DNA of 64,000 nt from Clostridia bacterium (GTDB lineage: Bacteria; Bacillota; Clostridia; JAAYHZ01), in contig JBMNIH010000004.1 in the NCBI GenBank assembly GCA_050950825.1, positions 32,001 to 96,000 on the forward strand. The letters run 5' to 3'. The position numbers and the translations under genes were made by a program. Below the pieces are notes generated by a model. That model saw only the letters and a list, made by a program, of their open reading frames with translations. It was not told the DNA's origin and did no database searches. Each line of letters starts with the position of its first letter. Positions within the stretch are counted from its first letter, which is position 1. Below are positions 30,437-41,394 of the stretch, in pieces.

Positions 30437-30468
30437 GACAGGTCGGCGAAGCCTTTTGCCGACCTGTC
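30437..30468. other. Stem-loop immediately 5' of the lemA RBS
   Basis: Perfect 11-bp stem gacaggtcggc/gccgacctgtc. Confidence 0.6.
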
Positions 30469-30493
30469 GGAAACTTTTGGAGGTAATAAAAAC

Positions 30494-31009
30494 ATGCTGC
30501 CTACGATCATTGCCATAACCGCTATAGTTGCACTCATTGTCGTTTGGGGTATTTCCGTGCAGCGCAGACTGATCCGTCTTGATGAGAATATTGCAAGCGC
30601 CATGAACCAAATCGGAGTACAGATGTCGAGCCGATTTGATGCCCTTACGGCTCTTTTGGCTTTAACAAACGGCTATGCGGAGCGAGAAATCGAGGCTCTT
30701 TTGAAAACAATTAAGGCCAAAAGAAAATTGATAACGGCAAAATCGACACCGAATGACGTGCTTAGCCAAGAAAAACTGATAACCGAGTCCTTAGATCGGC
30801 TTGCCGAGGTTGCAAAGCGGCATCCCGAGCTAAAAGCAAACCCGAGCTATATCAAAATGCTGGATGCGGTAGAAGCCTTTTCAAATATGGTGCGCACCAG
30901 CTGCCTGATATACAACGAAAGCGTATCAAATCTGAATCGTGAAATCCGGATGTTCCCGAATTCCGCCATTGCAGGCCCCTTAGGATTAAAACCGAGGGAA
31001 TATTTCTAA
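30494..31009 (+). CDS. lemA: LemA family protein
   Basis: N-terminal TM, then IxxAxxQIGVQMSSRFD, HPELKAN and YNESV…FPNSAIAG. Confidence 0.88.
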   Translation: MLPTIIAITAIVALIVVWGISVQRRLIRLDENIASAMNQIGVQMSSRFDALTALLALTNGYAEREIEALLKTIKAKRKLITAKSTPNDVLSQEKLITESLDRLAEVAKRHPELKANPSYIKMLDAVEAFSNMVRTSCLIYNESVSNLNREIRMFPNSAIAGPLGLKPREYF

Positions 31010-31096
31010 AAACGGATTCCACCTGCTTCGTTTTACGACCGAAGCAGTGAATATATAAACGGACTTGTGTCCTTTAAAAACTATACGGAGGGATTT

Positions 31097-34000
31097 ATGA
31101 AAAGACGATTGCTATGCTTACTGTTAGCTGTCGTTATGCTGGTGGCGTCACTACCTCTCAATGTAGTTGCGGCAAGCATTTACCAAGCACAGTCTAACAG
31201 CCGGCAGACGGAACAACTTCCCTTTAACGATGTGAAAAAGGGAGCCTGGTATTACGATGCAGTGGAGTATGCATACAGGCATAACCTTTTCAACGGAACG
31301 GGAATAAGAACCTTTGCGCCTCTTGGAACCATAACAAGGGCCATGTTTGTAACCGTTTTAGGCAGAATGGTAGGGGTAGACATATCCAAGTATCAAAACA
31401 AATCGACATTCTCGGATGTAGATAACGACGCTTATTATGCCCCCTATGTAGCGTGGGCCGTAGAAAACGGAATTACAACCGGAACAGGCAACGGATTGTT
31501 TTCTCCCGATGAACCGGTAAACCGCGAACAGATGGCGGTTTTTATGGTTCGCCTTTTTGAAGCGTTGGGAATTTCCTTGTCTGAAACGGATGAAACCGAT
31601 TTGCCGAAGGATTTTGACAGCATTTCGGATTATGCCAAGGAAGCGGTCTTAAAGCTGTGGAATGGCGGGATGTTCCAAGGAGACAGCAAGGGTAGATTTA
31701 ATCCGAAGAATAACGCCACACGAGCGGAATGCGCGTCATTCCTTATGCGAATCGACGAGTTGTTGGTTCAAATCGGTTACAAAAAATACGTAACGGAAGA
31801 AAAGCAGGAAGAAAAACCCGTAGTAATTATCGGCGGTGGCGGCACGAATCCCGGACAGGAACCCGGCGAGGAGGGCCCGGAGAAGAAACCTATACCGTTA
31901 CCTTCAAGGACGGCAGCCGTGTCGTAGACACCCTTACCGCCGTGAAGGACCAACCCTTAGGTACCGTTCCCGGGGCGGATAAAACCGCAAAGCAAAACGC
32001 CATCTTTGTAGGTTGGTTTAAGGATCCGGGGCTGACCGAGCCCTTCTATTACGACTACCCCGTAACGGAGGATTTGACCGTATATGCAAAATATACGGAG
32101 CTGCAAAGTGAAACCTTAAACATCACTTCCTTTGCGCAATTAGACCAAGGACCCGATTTAAGCTTTGAAATCGTAAGATCGGAAGATGCGGGAACACTTC
32201 CCGAGGATGCTTTCACCTTGATTCCGAAGGACGGATCCGATCCCATTCCTTTGACGTGGACCGTAAACGGCAACGTATATACGGTTTCGGCCGTCGGAGG
32301 CTTTAAAGAAGGAAGCTCCTACGAGCTTACGTTAGCGGACGGCTATTCCTTCAAGGATAAGCCCGAAACCGTTCGCACCGCTTCTTTCTCCATTGCCAAG
32401 GAAGAAGTGAAAAACCTTGAAATGAGCGACGGCATTATCTATATCCGGGACACGGATGAACTGGATTATGTAATCGGAGAAAAGGTTTACGAGGTCCTTG
32501 TACCGAGCCTTGTTTCGACTAAGAACGGTACATTTGTTTATGAATATGCAGATACGCTGAATGTAAACGATATCATATGCTTCTACATAAACACAAAGCC
32601 TACGGACCGTGATTATATGAACTTCAGCTATCATGACGATCCCGAAGTCTATGTCAAGGTTTTAGGCGTTTCCGGCGACAATACCGTCACCTTCGGTCCT
32701 CTCGGGGATGACGAAATGGCGGTCCTTTACAAGATTCCGGATAACTTCCCCATTATCGTTCCCACGCTTCCCACGGAAGATACGGGCGTTGTCAATATCA
32801 ATCAATTGGACGTTGACACCTATATAATGATCATGGGCGCAGACGGAACATTGGAAAAGGCAAAAGATAGAGTCAATGTCGGGGACTTTATTTCTCTTTA
32901 TGTTTCTCCCGACAGCGTAACGGATGAAGACTCCGTATATTTCGGAGAAGTGACGGGATACAACAAGGATACCGGTGAGATTTCATACAAGAGAACCACC
33001 AAGGAAGCCATCGAAAGCTCAATGGACCTTTACGTCACTCCGGATATTACGGGAGACGATTTGATTAGCCCCGAAGAAAAAGCATTAATCGAAGAACAGT
33101 TATATGCCCAAATAAAGAAAAGCGGCTTTGCGGAAGACGCGGCCTTCCTCCTTGCGGATATGGCGGCCAAAACCAAGGGCTTCCGCGAGTTGGACGGAAT
33201 ACAAGTATTCTTCAAGGATGAAAACGGAAATCCTCTTTCCTATGAAGAAATTGAACTTCTTAACATAGGCAAATCCTTCGAGCTCTCCGACGATGTGGAG
33301 CTGACCGTGGAACTTATTACAAAAGGCGACCGGCTTCACTTTAAAGACGGTGTTCAGCTTGCCGTCGGTATTGACGCCGAGTTTGAAACGGAAACCGAAG
33401 ACGAAGGAAAAATCGTGATTCACCTTTCGGCGGCATTTACGGAAGAAGTGGCTTTAGGTGTCAACGTAAAAGGCGACCTTGTATGGAAGAAGATTTTATT
33501 CTTTATTCCCGTACCTATCGGCGTCTCCGTAAGTTCCTCCATCGATATTAAGAACTTCTCCGCCGTATCGTTTAATATCAATATCTATACGGTAGAAAAA
33601 GAAGAAGAATCCACGTGGGAAAAGGTGAAAGGCTTGCTGGAGGATACCCAAGTAGGTCCTATTCTCAAGCAAATCGAAGAAGTACAGAATAAAATTGACC
33701 AAGCCAAGGGTACCGCGGAACAATTGGCCGGCTATTACAGCGATCTGGAAGCCCTTTGGAATTCCATACCGAGCGATAAAACCGATAAGGAAGAATGGAA
33801 GCAGCTGGGCGAAACCTTAGGAAAGACCAATATTACGAAGGACCTTTTGGAATTGATGGATCTTTCCTTGGATACCGAATTGGAAGCCGGGCTGTATGCC
33901 CAATCCATCCGGGAGCTGATGGAAAAATACAGCGAAATGCTCCAAACGGAAACCGATTGGGTTAAGCTTGTAGATCAAAAAATGTTCGGAGCCGAGTTGT

Positions 34001-37000
34001 GTATCTTGGGGGTTGCCATTTCCACCTCCGTCAACTTCGTCGTTCGGGCGGATGTGAACATCGCCATGGGATCGAGCTTGGAATACGAAGTCGGAAAAAG
34101 ATATATCTTCTGGTTCAAGATCGGCTTATTCAAACCGAGCGCGGGTACCGAAACCATGGATCTGATGGACGAACGCTTCGCTTTCCAATTCTATGTCATG
34201 GGTAAGATCGGCATGAAGATGGGTATTGCCGCTTCCATTGAAGTGGGTATCGGCTCGTCGAAGCTTGCGTCCGTGGGTATTACCGCCGAAATGGGACCTT
34301 ATATCAAGCTTTACGGATTCTTCGTGTACGAATACGAAAAGCTAAGACCTGCCAATACGAGCAAGTGGATATACGATGAACGAATGGCAGGAGCCCTCTA
34401 TTTGGATTTCGGAATGTACTTTGTCTTAAGCTTCGATGCGCAAGCATTGGGCAACCTGTTTGAGTACAGCTACGACTTTATCAACGAGGAAGTTCCTCTT
34501 CTGGAAGCGGGGGAAAGATTGTATCCCTATGCCTTTTCTTATGAACCCGAAGAAGGAGAGCTGATACGTATTATAGATGCGGACGGCAACAGCACCAACG
34601 GCATTTCCATGCATCTGCCCGAAAGCTTACTTGCCCTGTCTTACATCGATCTGACCAACGGATTGTTCGGAAGCAAGACTTACAATATGGATAGGTACAA
34701 CATCACCTTCTCGAGCCCGTACTTCTCCTTGGATGATAACGGCAGAGTGGTTGTGGACGTTCCCGAAGGTGCGCAATATTTGGAATGCAATGTTACGATT
34801 ACGTATACCTACGGCAAGCTTGCCTTCAGTAAATACGACATGACGATAACCGTTCCCCTCGTATGGACGAACCTCAGCGATGCCGAATTGAACGAATATT
34901 ATACGGCTAGCGTACGAGTCGGCAACGATACGGACGGATACCAAACCGTTTGGAGAAAGCGCGTAAGAAAGAACCAAGAATTTGATCTTCCGACCATTGA
35001 AGAAATTAAAGAATTGATCAAGTATGATCGTTACGATAACGGCAGCGGCATCAACATGAAGTACGAAAGCTTCTTCGGTTACGATGTCTCCGAAACGGAA
35101 AGCTTAAAAATCTATACGGATACGACCTACGACATCCAAGTCGTACACAAGACCTATAGCGTTACGGTGAACGACATACAGCTTTCGGACGGCACGACCG
35201 TAAGCAGGACCTATACGACGCAATACGGCAAAGCCTTTGACTTTTCGGACCTGAAGAATACGGGTAAGAATATACTCGGAGACACTCTTGAAACCACGGA
35301 GTTTACCGTGTTTGCCGGATTGACGGCCGAGAAGGAAGGAAGCATAGGAGAAAACGAGCTTCCGACTTACGACCTTACGGCTCCCGTGGAGGGCAAATTG
35401 GCTCTTGACATCGCCGCGGGGAAAGTAAAACCGAGAGCGGAGTACGTTGACAATTCCGTTTTGGTAACATTCCGATTCGACGGATTGGCTTACCCGGATA
35501 TCGTCCAAAAAATCAAAAGAGGTACGGAGCCGAACCTTAACGCCGTGGAGGCAATCGTATCCGACAACGGATTGGCTATAAAAGACATAACGCCTATTCT
35601 CGGAAAGGTTTTCTCGAATATCACCTACACGGTTGCCTGCGGAGAACTGACGGGACCGAAAACGACGATAACCTTTGAATCGAACGGCGGTACGGAAGTA
35701 CCGTTTATCGAGAAGGTAGTAGGAAGCTTAATCGGCATCCTCCCCACACCGGCAAAATACGGTTATACCTTTGAAGGATGGTACACGGACCAAAGTCTTA
35801 CGACACCTTTCGGCTTGACCAAAATGCCTTCCGAAAACATGACCCTCTATGCAAAATGGTCGGCCAATGTTTACAGGGTTGTTCTTAATGCAAACGGCGG
35901 CGCTTTCGAAGGCGATGCGGGAACGAAGGAAATAACCGTTACCTTCGGAACTCCTTACGGCGATCTTGCGGCTCCTACCCGCAGCGGCAAAGGCTTCGTC
36001 GGCTGGTTCACCGATCCGGAGGGCGGTACGGAGGTTCTTGCGGATACCGTCGTCGACGCGGCGGGAGATCATATTCTCTACGCCCGTTGGGTAGATCTTA
36101 TCGTTATCGGAAACGATGTATTCTCCTTTGTGCCGGTGGTTACCACTTATATGAAAGGCGTTTCGGTTCCGGCGAATATCATACAAAACGAAGCATATGC
36201 GGGACCGGAGGGCTTTACCTTTGAGTACCGTATGCAAAACGATCCGAATGCCGCTTTCGATGCTCCCGTCGGTGCGGGTACATATGATTTGGTGGTGAAA
36301 AGACCGGGGGATAACGTCTATGCTCCCTTTGAGTATCGGTACGAAGGTGTTGTCATTATTAATAAGGCGGTTCGAACGCTGGAAGAAGCACCTATTGAGG
36401 CGGTCCGAAGAGGATATACCTTCTTGGAGCTAGGGGTTGTGGAAAATGGCATTGACGATCTAAGCGACATGGCAACCATCGTCTATTACGGGTCAATAAA
36501 AATGTGGAACTTCGAAATTGATGTTCCATTTGCCAGCGGAACCGGCTATATCGACGGGATCGTACCCGGCTCCGTTATGAGCTTCAAAATCGAAGTGAGA
36601 GACGACCCGAACTATGAAAACGCAAGATCCAAGGCCGTTCCGATCCAGACGTTACCTCCGCCTACAGAGTCATGGTTGGATCATACGGAACCCGTGGCTG
36701 TTGTCAACGGCAGCGTAACCGTCTCAACGGCGGGACAGCTTGCATATCTGGCGAAGGAGATCAACAGCGGCAATTTGGACAGCAGAGGACTTCAAGTGAC
36801 TCTGGCAAACGATATCGATCTGACCGGTTATTTGTGGGAACCTATCGGCAATACGGAGAATACGGCCTTTAAGGGAGATTTTTACGGGGATATGCATACC
36901 GTAAGCGGAATGTATGCGGACGGTATCTATTCCGGTTTGTTCGGTATTACCGACAACGCGTTATTGGAAAACGTGCAGATCAAAGAATCGTATGTCTACG

Positions 37001-37809
37001 GATTATCCGCCGCGGGTAGTATCGCGGGGGTCGCATGGAACAACTCGTTAATCCGAAACTGCGTAAATCGTGCCATCGTTACGGGAGAAAATGAAACCGG
37101 CGGTATCGTGGGTATACTCGGACAGGTCATATTCTGGCTGGACGGTGCGGATTTCTCCAAGGTGGATGGCTGCATTAACTACGGAAATATATCCGGAGTA
37201 AAATTCACCGGCGGTATCGTCGGAAGGACCTATACCTATACATATATCGGGTATACGATTAACCGTGCCGTTATCAACTGTATTAACTACGGAAACGTCT
37301 CAGGCGGAACTTCTGTCGGCGGTATTGCGGGAGCCCAGATTGAAGGTTATATTTCCAACAACGTAAACTTCGGATGGGTGTCCGGCGAAACCAATGTCGG
37401 CGGCATCGTGGGTCTGAACAGCAATTATCATTCCGTTGTGGAGAACTGTTACTCGGCCGGGACGGTAGAAGGATACGAACAATATATCGGAGCGGTCGTC
37501 GGAAGGAATGAGAACGACAACGGAAAAGTGAATTACTGCTATTATAGAGCCGGATCGGCAACTTGCGACGAAGAGGTACGATACGGACTCGGTACCAAGA
37601 ACGGTTCGGTTCCGGACGGAGATAAGGGCTACAAAGTTGCATCCTTTACATCCTATGACAGTTCGTTGAGCAAAGATTACGGTTACGGTAAGACAAACCT
37701 GTTGACGGTATTGAATGCCTACGTACAGGACAATGGAGGAGAGCCTCCGGGTCTTTGGTCGGCAGGTCCGGACGGATACCCGATCCCTTGTACGATTCAA
37801 TGGCCGTAA
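31097..37809 (+). pseudogene. Giant surface protein (signal peptide, 3 SLH, InlB-B/Flg_new repeats, beta-rich core, GLUG repeats) split by one frameshift
   Basis: SLH motifs ITRAMF, NREQM and TRAEC in ORF 31097..31927. Frameshift at about 31874 in a PGxE linker. The downstream 2026-aa ORF has FVGWF/FEGWY InlB-B repeats and GGIVG/GGIAG GLUG repeats. Confidence 0.85.
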
Positions 37810-37835
37810 AAATATACTTCCCCATATTGGAATAT

Positions 37836-37856
37836 AGGGCTTCCGAGGGAAGCCCT
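37836..37856. terminator. Stem-loop after the SLH/GLUG gene
   Basis: agggcttcc-gag-ggaagccct. Confidence 0.5.
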
Positions 37857-37881
37857 TCCTTCTGTTTTTAAGGAGCATCCG

Positions 37882-38763
37882 ATGAAAAAAGTCTTGTTTA
37901 TTCTGCTTGCCGTCGTCGTACTTTTATCCGGCTGCGGAGTTCAAAAGCAAAATACGAATTCGGTGAATGAGCCCGAGGGTGTTGTTATCGCTCTTTTGGA
38001 TACCGGCATCTCCCTTCGTGCCATCGACGAAAAGTATATTCTTCCCGGCTACAATTACACGGAAAACTCGGAAAATACCGAGGATCGAATTAATCACGGA
38101 ACCGCGGCGGCCAGCGTAATCGTCGGGTCCGCTCCTGCGAAGGTAGAGGGGCTTGCCGAAAACGTCCGTTTGGTTCCTTTGGTTGTCTTGAGCAAAACGG
38201 AGGACGGCAAGCAAAAAAGCATCGATGCCCGGACCTTGGCGAAAGCGATAAGGGACAGTGTGGACAAATACGGTGCGGATATTATCAATATTAGTTTCGG
38301 TATAAAAAAGGATGTGGAAGAAGTCAGGAAAGCGGTAGCCTATGCCGAAAAGAAAGGGGTTTTGGTAGTCTGTGCGGTGGGCAATAGCGGGAATGACCGG
38401 GATATTTATTATCCTGCCGCTTATGAAACGGTGCTTGCGGTAGGCTCCCACGATAAAGACGGAAAGCTTTCCGACTTTTCCCAAAGAAACGGCACGGCGG
38501 ATATCCTTGCTCCCGGTGAAGACATTTGGCTTGCTTCTCGAAACGGCAAAACCTACGGTACGAAGGGCACCTCCTTTGCCGCGGCTTACGCATCCGCTGC
38601 GGCGGCTGTTCTTCTTTTCGAATACCCCGATCTTTTGCCGCAAGAGATAAGAGAATGCCTGATTCGGTCCGCCGATAAGATCGAAGATGAAGGCGCCACA
38701 ACTGACAATGCGGGAATCTTGAATTTGGAGGCCGCTTTCGCATATGCAAAAGAGATGAAATAG
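37882..38763 (+). CDS. S8 (subtilisin-like) serine protease, lipoprotein
   Basis: Lipobox LSGC; catalytic triad motifs LLDTG, HGT and GTSFA; oxyanion motif AVGN. Confidence 0.92.
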   Translation: MKKVLFILLAVVVLLSGCGVQKQNTNSVNEPEGVVIALLDTGISLRAIDEKYILPGYNYTENSENTEDRINHGTAAASVIVGSAPAKVEGLAENVRLVPLVVLSKTEDGKQKSIDARTLAKAIRDSVDKYGADIINISFGIKKDVEEVRKAVAYAEKKGVLVVCAVGNSGNDRDIYYPAAYETVLAVGSHDKDGKLSDFSQRNGTADILAPGEDIWLASRNGKTYGTKGTSFAAAYASAAAAVLLFEYPDLLPQEIRECLIRSADKIEDEGATTDNAGILNLEAAFAYAKEMK

Positions 38764-38793
38764 TATAAATAGAACATGATCTTCTTTCCTAGG

Positions 38794-38824
38794 GAAGCCG
38801 AGTTGAAAAGCCGGCTTCTTTTTT
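38794..38824 (+). terminator. Rho-independent terminator
   Basis: gaagccg…cggcttc followed by T6. Confidence 0.65.
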
Positions 38825-38876
38825 ATATTATCTTTATAAAGCACAAATTCTTTTATATACCTTTGGAGGCTGCCAA

Positions 38877-39800
38877 ATGAAAATCAACAAGATTAGTATC
38901 GTAGGGATGGGAGCGTTAGGAATACTGTACGGCGATTTCTTTACTCAAAAGTTAGGAAAAGAACGCGTCGAATTCGTAATGGATCGGGCTCGGCTTAAAA
39001 AGTATCAAAAAGAGGGCGTTTATTGCAACGGCAGACCTTGTGATTTTACGGTTGTGAACGAAGATGAGAAAAACGCCTTTACGGATCTTTTGATATTTGC
39101 CGTTAAAGCCTATTCTCTTGATCGGGCGATCCTGTCGGCAAGAAACAAGGTATCGCAAAACACGGTGATATTATCCTTGCTCAACGGAATTACAAGCGAA
39201 GAAATCATCGGACAAGTCTTCGGTCCGGACAAGGTCATCTATTGCGTTGCACAGGGAATGGATGCCGTGAAGATCGGTAATGAAATGACGTACACGAATA
39301 TGGGAAAGCTTTGCATAGGGATTTTGGATCATGAAAAAGACAAAAAAGAAAAGCTTCAAGCCGTTATCGATTTGTTCGAGCAAACCGGCCTTCCTTATGT
39401 AGCGGAGGAGAATATGAAACACCGATTATGGAAGAAATTAATGATCAATACGGGTGTAAACCAAATTGTCACGATTTACGAGGGAACCTTTAAAACCGTT
39501 CAGCAACCGGGAGAAGCAAGGGATATGATGATCGCGGCCATGAGGGAAGTGATCCTATTGGCCGAAAAAGAAAACATTCCGATTACGGAAAAGGATTTGG
39601 AGGAATATGTATGCTTAATTGATACCCTCGATCCGAACGGGATGCCGTCCATGCGGCAAGATGTCCTGGAAAAAAGAAAAACCGAAGTGGAATTGTTTTC
39701 AGGGACCGTAATCAAGCTGGGAAAAAAACACGGAGTGCCGACACCCGTCAATCAAAGGATATATGAAAAGATCCGGAGCATGGAGGAAGAGTATTTATAA
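38877..39800 (+). CDS. panE: Ketopantoate reductase (PanE/ApbA) family protein
   Basis: GMGALG Rossmann motif, AVKAY, LLNGI, WKKLMIN, PSMRQD and TEVE. Confidence 0.85.
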   Translation: MKINKISIVGMGALGILYGDFFTQKLGKERVEFVMDRARLKKYQKEGVYCNGRPCDFTVVNEDEKNAFTDLLIFAVKAYSLDRAILSARNKVSQNTVILSLLNGITSEEIIGQVFGPDKVIYCVAQGMDAVKIGNEMTYTNMGKLCIGILDHEKDKKEKLQAVIDLFEQTGLPYVAEENMKHRLWKKLMINTGVNQIVTIYEGTFKTVQQPGEARDMMIAAMREVILLAEKENIPITEKDLEEYVCLIDTLDPNGMPSMRQDVLEKRKTEVELFSGTVIKLGKKHGVPTPVNQRIYEKIRSMEEEYL

Positions 39801-39940
39801 TGCCGTTATTATCCCCGTTTCGAGAGGATATCCCGTAGCGAAGAGGCGGCGTAATGATTTAGGCGTATGAAGCATCCGAGAATCACGGAAGCTTATCAAC
39901 GAATAGAAGAAAACATTTCCGTTTTAGGAGGGACCGACAA

Positions 39941-40582
39941 ATGGGAAGAAAATACGCAAGCATCCATATACGCACGGACAAGCCGGAGGAGGTCATAGAA
40001 AAACTGAAAGGCCGTTACGTAACCGATCACGATAACATGAAAAATCTCATGAATATGGCTTGCAAATTCATAAACGGTGAACAAGCGAGATACTTATTGG
40101 AAAGAACTCATGATTTGTGGACCTCTGAAGTCCTTGTAATCCGCTACGCATCCTTTGTTTCCGTATACGACGACCGGCTTTCCTTTGAAACGGTGGAGAA
40201 AAAAGCTCGCGAATTGTCAAAAGATATCGATGAACCGGTTGCGTATACATCCGTATTTGACGACGATATTTTCTTTTTCGGCGTTTATCGCCGGGGAAAA
40301 ATCATCACGGGCGGCAGGGTCGGAGAGAATTTACGGGTATACGGAATAAAGCCGAAAGCCGTTAACATCGATAAATTCTGCAAGGCGATAAATGTTTTAA
40401 AGCCTTGCTCCCTTGAGGGTACCAATGGGACAAATAATATTAAGGCTATGGAAGACGAAATCGAGAATTTGCTGCAGGTACCCCTGAATTTATCGCCGGA
40501 TGAGGTTCGGTCCGATCCTACGCATTTTGTAAAAAAAGATAGGGACGATATGGAATTTTCTGTGTATGAGTATAAATCATAA
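39941..40582 (+). CDS. Hypothetical protein
   Basis: 213-aa ORF with AGGAGG RBS; no recognised motif. Confidence 0.7.
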   Translation: MGRKYASIHIRTDKPEEVIEKLKGRYVTDHDNMKNLMNMACKFINGEQARYLLERTHDLWTSEVLVIRYASFVSVYDDRLSFETVEKKARELSKDIDEPVAYTSVFDDDIFFFGVYRRGKIITGGRVGENLRVYGIKPKAVNIDKFCKAINVLKPCSLEGTNGTNNIKAMEDEIENLLQVPLNLSPDEVRSDPTHFVKKDRDDMEFSVYEYKS

Positions 40583-40596
40583 CCGTATGCAACCCT

Positions 40597-41205
40597 TTAT
40601 TTTCTCAAACCGTACAGCAGTATTTTGAAGTGATCCGATATCTGTCTTTCCAAATCAAAATCGGGATAACGGATACACCATTCAAAGGCAATTCCGCGTA
40701 TGGCCATAATCAAGTGCTTGGCAAGGTCCTCCACCGGGATATCCTCACGTAACTCGTCTTTTCGAATCCCTTTTTCCAATACCTCGGACAATAACCGGTA
40801 TAGCTCTCGGTTGTAGCTTATGGCGGGCATCGTATTGAAGGCGGACTTTGTCAAATAAGCCCTATACAATACCCTCATATTTTCATATCCAATGCTTTCG
40901 GAAAGAAACGTGGAAATTTTTCGGCCCAACAAAGCCAAGACCTCTAAAACGGAAGCTTCTTCCGATACGGTTGACAAGAAAGCTTTGTAATTAAAATCGG
41001 CATATTTTGTATATTCATTCACCAATTCGGCGGCTAAGGCGTCCTTCGATTCAAAGTGAACATAAAAGGCCCCCTTCGATACTCCCGCCGCCTCCACAAT
41101 GGCATCCACGCTGACATTTTCAAATCCATATTCATGTGCCAAACGGCGAGCGGCTTCATATAACTTCTTTTTTGTTTCGATGGCTTGCAGCTTTCTCTTA
41201 TTCAT
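40597..41205 (-). CDS. TetR/AcrR family transcriptional regulator
   Basis: HTH GFENVSVDAIVEAAGVSKGAFYVHFESKD. Confidence 0.95.
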   Translation of the reverse strand: MNKRKLQAIETKKKLYEAARRLAHEYGFENVSVDAIVEAAGVSKGAFYVHFESKDALAAELVNEYTKYADFNYKAFLSTVSEEASVLEVLALLGRKISTFLSESIGYENMRVLYRAYLTKSAFNTMPAISYNRELYRLLSEVLEKGIRKDELREDIPVEDLAKHLIMAIRGIAFEWCIRYPDFDLERQISDHFKILLYGLRK

Positions 41206-41231
41206 TTTTCATTTATCCTATCTCTAATATA

Positions 41232-41285
41232 TTGACTTGATCGTACAAAAGCAGTATGATGACTACAGTATGTGACTGCAGTCAC
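41232..41285 (+). promoter_or_regulatory. sigmaA promoter plus TetR-type operator for the giant surface protein
   Basis: TTGACT-N17-TATGAT (41232-41260), a degenerate tgactacagtat and a perfect palindrome gtgactgcagtcac (41272-41285) just downstream. Confidence 0.75.
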
Positions 41286-41394
41286 TAAAGATCTTAATTA
41301 AATTATAGCATATTTTGTCTTCTTTGGCGAAACATTTCATTACAAGATCTTTTGTGTCGCGTCATACACAACTCGGGTCACATAGGGGGACGTC

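Noticed and set aside
37924-38844. Long antisense ORFs (306 aa here; also 6610..7362, 25035..25727, 51964..52647, 60407..61156 and many shorter ones)
   Set aside because: They are shadows of well-supported genes on the opposite strand, with no motifs or RBS.
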